This document shows, in pieces, positions 45,006-54,000 of a stretch of DNA of 64,000 nucleotides (its first letter is position 1; the number at the start of each line of letters is the position of its first letter). The translations under genes and the position numbers were made by a program. The DNA is taken from contig JAFGLD010000036.1 of NCBI GenBank assembly GCA_016928235.1, positions 3,646 to 67,645 on the forward strand, given 5' to 3'. The notes under the pieces were generated by a model that was not told the origin of the DNA, made no database searches, and worked only from the letters and a program-made list of their open reading frames with translations. This DNA comes from Anaerolineae bacterium. GTDB lineage: Bacteria; Chloroflexota; Anaerolineae; Aggregatilineales; UBA3940.

Positions 45006-48000
45006 ATGAATATGCGACTGTCCAGAATCTTCATCTGCAAAGTACTCGGCATTTGTTTGTGCATCGGATTACTCATCACGACACCCGGTGTGTCGATGGC
45101 AGCTTTATCACAGCAGACTCCCAACACCTGCGAATTGTATCCCATTGTGATACCGGCAGCTCTACTGGTTGAGGCGAAAGAGGGTGATACTCTCCCAGAG
45201 CTTGCCAACGGCATCGAGGAGGGTGATTTCGGCTGGCTCACCTGGACGGCAAATCCGGATGAAGCAGCGCTGATCGCCAGCCTGACGCCGCCGGGTGACA
45301 GCGATACCTACGTCAACCCGCTCGATGCAGACGATAAGATGCTCTCCCAAGGCGATTGGGCCATGGGCAACCCGGCTCTATCAGACAACGAGGCAGCACA
45401 TGCGGCACTTGATGAACTCAAGGCGGTTGATATCTCGGTGCCGGTTTGGGATTCGGCAGGCGAGCAGGATGGCTATACCGGCTATCAGATCAGCGCCTTC
45501 GCGCGCGTAAGGCTGCTCGATTACCACCTGGGCGACGAGAACCGCATCTCGGTACAGTTTCTGGGCTACACTTGCCAGGATACCACAAGCCAGAATGCGT
45601 CTATCGAGCTGAGCCAGACGGTAGATTCGGCTACTGTGCCTCCCACACCCAATGTGGATTTTACTGTGAGCCAGGATAATGTGCTTCCGGGTGATGAGCT
45701 GACTTACACCACCACGGTGACCAACACCATGACCACCTTGCTGATCTCCGGCACACTGAGAGTAACCAACACCGGCAGCAGTCCGGCTACCATCGCCTAC
45801 TACAGTGACGTGGTTGAATATCAGGCAGCCGGATCTCCTGATTGGGTTGCTCTGGCGGGAACGGCCTCGGTCTTGCCAGATTATTCTCCCATATCGGCTG
45901 CCTCAACAACTTCGGGGATGCTCCTCTCCACAACCGGCATCCCGTCTGATGGTGTCACCTATGCAACCGGCAGCGACGCCATCGTTGGCACCAGCATCGC
46001 GGCAGGCAGCACTGCCTCCTGGACCTATCAGGCAATTGTCACATTGAATGCTGAACAGGTCAGCCGGTTCTTAACTCCCGGCGCCTTTGAAGATCTCCGC
46101 AACAGCATTCTCTTCGAGATCGGCCCAGACGCGGCGGAGCCTGGGCAGCCATTCACGCAGAGCACATCGGTACTCAATGTCCTCGAAGCACAGTCAGGCG
46201 ATCTGACCGATGTGCGTCTGACGTTAACAATGCCGGATGGCAAAGCCGTTACCGTCAATGCTGCTGCCAATCCCGATCTGACCGAAATCGCGCCAGGCGG
46301 CTCGGTTGCTGTGAAAACACCCTATGCAATCCCAGCAATTGCAGCCAGAGAAAAGAATGAGTCAGTCGAGGCATATCTTGCACGGCTTGAAGCGGCTGAT
46401 GAGGCTCTTCTGACAGCTATGGTCGATGTGGCGGCCGGAAGTGATGATGCCGCAGTGATGGTTCCTCAACAAACCGTTTCTGCTGTCCAACATCTCCCCA
46501 TCCTGACAATGGTTATAACCAAACCTGAAAACACACAAGAAGCAGCTGCGGCAGCCTATAACCTGACCCTTACCAATACCGGTTCTGCGCCTGCCGGCAA
46601 ACTGGAGATCACCGGACAACGGACGGATGGCACCGCCATCACAATTAACGATATCCCGAACACACTCGATCCGGGCGCTACGGCTGTTGCTCATATCCCG
46701 CACTCGGCATCGCTCAATCAATTAGCCGATGATTTGGCGAGCGCTATCACACTCACATGGCAAGATACCGGTGGCGCCAGTTATGGCCCGGTCGAGGCAA
46801 CTACTGGTGAACCAAGGGAGAAAATTGCGTTAGCGGATGAGGCGGCAGCTGCTGATGGAGAGACAACGCCCTTCGACTTCGAGTTTGAGAATTGGGAAGC
46901 ACCCCGTTTGCCCAGCCTGAAGGATTTTCAAGTTTCGCAGTTTACAGGAGCAGCCACCTATTCTTATCCTATTCAGGTTCCTCCTGGCCCAGGCGGATTA
47001 CAACCATCGCTGGCACTATCTTACAGCAGCCAGGTTGTCGATAACGCCAGCGGCATGACCCAGGCTTCCTGGGTGGGCATGGGGTGGTCGATGGAAACCG
47101 GCGCCATCGAGCGCAATCTGCATGGCACGATGGATTTTAGAGATGATGATACCTTCTCATTGAATGTCAACGGCATCAGCGGTTTGCTGCTGCTGGAGAG
47201 CAGCACTGGAAGCATCGAGAATTACCAGATGGCCAATGAGAGCTTCATGCGTATTCAGCGCGATACCAGTACTGACATCTGGACCGTGTGGGACAAAACA
47301 GGTACCCAGTACTTCTTCGGTGAACAGGCTGCGTTGCCAAATAATAACCGGGCACAATATCATGCCTGCAATCCTGAGGAACCGGTCACCTGGAAGTGGG
47401 CGCTCTCCCGGGTGCGTAACAATTTTGGACAGGAGTTGATCTACATCAACAGAACCGATGAACCAACGCGGCTCACCGAACTATGTGATCAGCCTGTATC
47501 ACCCGATGCCTATGGCGTAGACAATGCCATCTATCCGGAGTACATTCTCTATCGTTTCAGTGACGGCACTTATAGTCCATACCGTATCGAGTTTGTCAGG
47601 CAAGAAGATATGCCTATACATGATATCTATCATCGGGGCGATTGGGAACACGAGTGGTACTATGGCAAAAACCCTCAATACTTCTTTGAGCGGTCACGGC
47701 TAAAAGAAATCCAGATACAGCACGATGCTGATAACAACAATACATACGAGCAAATCATACGTAAGTATGTGCTGACCTATGCCAACGATAACGATCCGTC
47801 TATCGAAAATACTCCCATCTTCCCGAACTATACCTGGTCGAAGGGTGGCAAAACGCTGACTTTAATGAAAATCCAGGAGTATGGATTTGGCGGAGCCACA
47901 TCGCTGCCCCCTACGATTTTTAACTACGGCGATGGCATCACCCATGGCGATGCCATGCACCTGGAGTGGGCTACCAATGGTTATGGCGGAAAGGTATCTT

Positions 48001-51000
48001 TTACCTATGACAAATGGAGCGATACTACCAGCTCGGATAACAGCAAATTCGAACAGGATTTCACCTTGCTTTGTCCCTCCTCGGAAGGCGGTTGGGGCGG
48101 AGATTGCGATGAGCAGCAGTACTTACCAATACATGATTTGAGCAGTCGCCTTATTCCTGTCGGCCTGTTCCATCCCGGCGGACGTTACGAGCTGCACGCT
48201 GAACTGTCGGCGCATCCCTTATCGGCAGGGACAACCGTTCAGATAGGCCTTACCGGAGCAGCAAATAAGCCTGAACCGGCTGTGGCCCTATCGCCGGGGA
48301 AAAGCACAACCCTGGAGGAGGTTTTTGATCTGTCGTCGACAGTAGATAATCAGGCTCGGTGGAGTGTAACATGTGAAGACTGCTCCATGACTCTCTTCCG
48401 TGCTCGTTGGCTGCCCACCTACTATCGGGTGACGGCTAAAACGATCACCGATGCAATAACCGGCGCATCATCCACACTCACCTATCGCTATGACGAGCCG
48501 GCCACCAACGATCCGGAGCACTCTGCTTATGTTGATGGCATTCGTAAAGACAATGGCACATTGGATTTCGCCAAACAGTATACCCAGGCTTACAGCGAGT
48601 TCCGCGGCCATGGCATGGTGGAAGAGATTGCCCCGGACGGGTTGGTCAACGCGACCTTTTTCTATCAGGATGACGAGTTTAGGGGTAACACTGCTGCCAC
48701 AGTGACCCATACACGGGAGATGACAGAGCCATTCAACTCCTTGGATGAAAATCTATGGCATCGGAGTGCCGGCACTGAAGACCTTATCAATGTTGAGCGT
48801 CTCAACGGCGACTCTGCTCTCAGAATCCAGGGTTCCCCTGAAGGCAATTGGGTGAGCGTTACTCGATGGCAAGGCGACGCCGGCGCTCATACGATCGGTA
48901 ACGGCGAGTTTGCGATGCTCCAGTTTCGCCGGGGAGAAGTAACTGAGAATGACCAGATCAATCTGACGTTGCAACATGGGGATTGGGACCAACCCGAGTA
49001 TCGACGGTGGGGGTTCTCGATCCTCAGTGATGGGGCTGCCAATGCCGAAATATGCCAGTGGGACGACAAGATAAATGAGTCTGAATGCCATAGCGACGGG
49101 AGCCTCATGAACATTGAGCAGGACAAATGGTATGTCCTGCTGATAGGAATAGATAATGAGCAGTTCATGGTTCGCGTCTGGCAGCGCGATGATCCGGCGC
49201 AGTACGCGGAACACTATCGCGCTTTTACGGGCAGCGAGTGGAGAGACCAAAATTGGCAGTTCATGGCCCAGGTCAAAAACGCGACCATCTGGCTGGATGA
49301 ATACAATGAGAGCCGTCTGTATTCGCTGAACGAGACACTCTATGAAGCGGACACCGAGAAGATGCTCTGCCTCAAGATAGTAAATGATGGCGGGGAGTTC
49401 TGTCTGTCAAAGACCTGGGCCTACCCGATCCAGTCCAGAAGCTATGCCTTCGAAGGCGATGCCGAGTGGGTTGGAAAGAGCACCTACTACAAACACGAAG
49501 CGAAATACCAGGATAATGCTCAGTACGGCAACCAGACCCAGGTGATCGAGTCTTCCTGGAATTGGGACAATAGGGCTTTTCAAGATCATCGTGTGAGCTG
49601 GACGGCATACCACCCCAATGCGGCAGGCGATACTTACCTGGTGGGATTGCCGGGTCATACCAACACCTATGAATGCCCTGCCGGATCTCAGAACGGCTCG
49701 TGCTATGAGGCTATTGATGCATTGTTGAACAATGCCGGTAATTGGGCGCAAGACTATATCCTATCTTCTCACTGGTATCTCTATGACGATGCATTCTACG
49801 TTCATCGAGACGAGAACTTCGCCACGCCGCCGACGATCGGTCATCTGACCGGTGAGCGTGACCTCCTGCGCTATGTTGGAGAGGGCTTTAACGACCGCCG
49901 GTACCGTGACACAGAATATGCCTATGACGACTACGGCAACCGGATAACCGTCACAACCTGGACGGGTGAGGGGACGTTTGACGAGCCTGCCACAGCAGGC
50001 ATCCAAAACGTTTATAGTTGCTACGGTGGAGGTGAAACAGTTGGTGAGGAAGCATGCCAGGTAGACCATTATCACACCTATGCTCTGTGGACCAAAAATG
50101 ACTTGGGGCAGAAGACGATACTTGGTTATTCCGGTATCGCTGTTCCGGGAACAGATGCCACAGGATACTCGTTGGGGGTGCCGGTCAGCCGGCAGGATCC
50201 TAACGAGGCTGCTAATGAGGTCATGACCCGGGTCACCTATGATAGCTTTGGGCGGCTCAGGAAAGTCATCAAGCCGGGCGAGAATGATGATGCTCCGACC
50301 AACCAGATTGTTTACTATGATGCTTACCCGGGCGGGAGTGATCCTGTGCCGTTGATGGTGGAAATGTGGCAGAGAGTTGAAGGCACAGACTACTACAGCC
50401 AGCGCAAGTTCTATAACGGGCTTGGGCAGCTCATCCAGGCACAAACAACGCGCGTGAATGTGGGAGCCGATCTGCAAGATGTGATTGTCGACTATCAGTA
50501 CGATGACAACGGTCGTCTTATTAAGCAGACGGTGCCCTATGCTATTGGCGCATGGACAAGCTGGGGTTCCAGCCCTACCCCCTGGCGTGGGCAAGCTATC
50601 GACGGACACGAGGTCACCACGACTTCGTATGACGATCTGGGACGCCCGGAGCAAGTCACGGCGCCCGATCTGACGGTAACCGGGTATGAGTATGGTGATT
50701 TGTATACCACCGTTACCGATCCGCGCGGTACCCACACCACCAGCTATTCCGACATCTGGGGGCGGACTACTCTGGTGGAGGCCCTTGAAGGGGCAAACGT
50801 GCGCTACCATTATGACGTCGCCGACCGCCTGGTGAGGGTTGACCAACTGTCGACAGGTCCTTTAGCAAAAATGATTACAACTACATTGAGCTACGATCTG
50901 GCCGGGCGAAAGATCGAGATGAACGATCCCGATATGGGTGTCTGGTCTTACAGCTACGATGCTCTTGGTAATCTGAGCTATCAGGATGATGCAAAGGGCC

Positions 51001-54000
51001 AGCGTGTTTGCCTGTATTACGACAATCTCAACCGGCTGAGCGGTAAGCGATATGCCAACAGCGGCGATGTCTGTCCGGTTGTTCCTGACTCCTACACCGT
51101 CGAATATGTCTACGATAATATAGCGGGCGGAAACAACGGCATCGGACGGCGTACCGGTATGATCTATAGCTCCGGCAAGACCAGTTGGACGTACGATGTG
51201 CGTGGACGGGTCACCAGCGAGGTTCACGATCTGACCCAATTTGGTCCGGAGGAGCCCTATACCATCAGCTATACCTATAATCGGGCAGATCAACCGGTAA
51301 CTGTTACCTACCCTGATGGGGAGATCGTCACGACCACCTACGACAATCAAATGCGCCCCATCGATTTGAGCAGCTCGTTGAACGTCGAGTATGCGAGCGA
51401 TGCCTTGTTCGATGTGTTTGGTCGTCTTTATGACCTGACGGCCGGCAATGGCCTGCATACCCGGTACAGTTTCTACAAGCCCAGTATACAGGGTGGCAGG
51501 CTCGAAAACCTGACTGTCGGCGATGACTTGCTCAACCTCACCTATCACTATGATGCCATTGGAAACATCGAGGGGCTGGAAGATGATTCTCATGTTATTG
51601 GTGGCCAGAAAACCAAATATGAGTACGACAAGCTCAATCGCTTGATGAGTGCCGTCTCCGATGGTGGGCCTACGGGGGCTTATACTCAAAAATTTGCTTA
51701 TGACGATCTGGGCCGGCTAAATGCCAAGACAACAGACGGGCAGACCCTGGATTATACATATCCCGGCTGGTCTGAGCCGCATCCCCATGCAGCCACCGGG
51801 ATGGGAGAAGATAACCGGTATGAGTATGATGCCAACGGCAACATGGTCACACGCACCGAAAACGGGATCGAATATACCCAGGCCTGGACGGTAGAAAACA
51901 AGCTTGAACAGGTTAACTGGGTCAAGAATGGTGAAGCTTACGAGACTCGTTATGTTTATGATGGCGATGGTAATCGCATTGCGCAGATCGAGAGAGTTTC
52001 CGGTTCGGAAGCGGATCGAAAATGGAATCGCATCACTGTCTATGTTGGCGGCATCTATGAAGAGGTCTTCGAGGAGGCTGGGCCAGGACTAAGCCCGATT
52101 GATGACTCTGATGATGGGAAAGACGATAACATTCTGCCTATAGATCCACCGACCAGGACGAATATCGATATCGAGGATATTGATGTTGACAATGCCTTAG
52201 ACGATCGGACGATAGGTGCAGATGAACCGGTGGGGCTATCTCAGAATGCCGGGGAGGAGAGGCTCGAAGATCCATCGAGTGGCTTGAATGATATCTGGGA
52301 TTGGTTTACCGATCTGCTCAAGATGCCCGGACAGAAGGCTGTGGGCATTGCGAGGCCGGCAGCCCCGCCCAGTGAGGCACCCGAAGAGCAAGCCCTGAGC
52401 CCACTTCTGGCGGCTACTACCCGTACGTGGACAAGCAAAGCTGACTTCCTAACCGGATATCTCCTTGACAGAGTCGACGTCTACGACCTGGACGGCAGCA
52501 TGCGTTTGTTCACTTACAACGACAACTTTAGCGACAACGAGTTGAATCCTGCTCGTTATACTGTCAGCTCTAGTTCGTTAGTTGAGCAAAACTCTCGCGC
52601 GGAGCGCCCGGCGTCGACAACCAACCGTTCCCTGGCTTTCAAGAACCTGACACTGTCAGGAGACTTCGACATTCAAGTCGACTATGGTATGTTGGCCTAC
52701 ACCAACGTTGATGTAGGGCCACGCCTGGGCATGAGTTTGACATGCCAAAACTCAAACTATCTCAGCTTTGCATTTGCGGCGAATTACTACCCCAGCTCCA
52801 GTTATCGCCAATATCGAATCGAGGGAATTTTCAGAGGGTGGGAAGATGATGGTAATCGAAGGCTGGATTTCCAGAGCGACGATTCTTCATACGATAAGGG
52901 TTCATTACGTATTGTCCGGACTGGGACAACATGGGAATTCTATTACAAGCGTTCAGGCGATGCCGGCTTCACATTCCTGGGCAAGCGTACAGAAAACGAA
53001 TTGGGTACAGGGGCTTATGGTAATTGCTCGTTATCCTTGAACTCTACACAGTGGTACAAACCTGCCGATCCGCCAACTCCTAACAAAGCATATGCGGCTT
53101 ACTTTGATAACTTCTTGCTTTCAAAGAATAATGGACATACCAACCCCTATACCAGCATTGGTACCTGGCGTGCCGAGGTCGATGGCGGCAAGAGCTGGGT
53201 AGCCTGGCAAAGCTTCAATTTGATCGGCTCTTGGGGTGGCTCGACCGGTTTCATCATCAGCGGACGTTCTTGTACAGGAGCAAACGGAACTGGTACGTGT
53301 GCCCCCTGGTATGCTATACCCAATCCGACGGCCTCGAATAACTGGCCGGCTTCAGTAGGAAATTACCGTTACTTTCAGGTAGAAGTGCTGCTGTCCGGTG
53401 GCGCATCGACACCCCAGATGGATGAAATCCGCCTGAACTACAACCCGGATACCGTTTCGCCGTCCAACCCGATCCCCCCAGCGATTGAGACACATGGCGC
53501 CAAAGATAACGCTTGGCAGAACAGTGCATCAACGCCATCTTTTACCTGGACCGCCTCATCAGACTCGGGTAGCGGAATAGCTAAATACAATATCTACTGG
53601 GGTACAGGTAACTACTCAGATAATCCACCGACTACCCATACGAGCACATCACCCAGCTTCACCGCTCCGAGCGCGGTTGCCAGCGGCAGCACTTACTATC
53701 TGTGGGTGCAGGCAGAAGATAAGGTCCTGAATAAATCAGGTTGGAAGAAGATGTTCACCTTCCGCTATGAAACCACGCTGCCATCTAATCCGATACCCCC
53801 AGCTACTGAGACACATGGGGCTAAAAATAATGTCTGGCAGAACAGTATATCGACACCGTCTTTCACCTGGACAGCATCGACGGACACATACAGCGGGATG
53901 GCCGGATATAACATCTATTGGGGAACAGGTAACTACTCGGATAATCCACCGACTACCCATACGAGCACATCACCCGGTTTCACCGCTCCGAGCGCGGTTG

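Noticed and set aside
49761-51689. Two long minus-strand ORFs (361 and 275 aa) inside the RHS gene
   Set aside because: They lie antisense to a clearly coding YD-repeat region. Their products are Ile/Val/Gly/Arg-rich with no motifs. Such shadow ORFs are expected opposite repetitive, codon-biased sequence.
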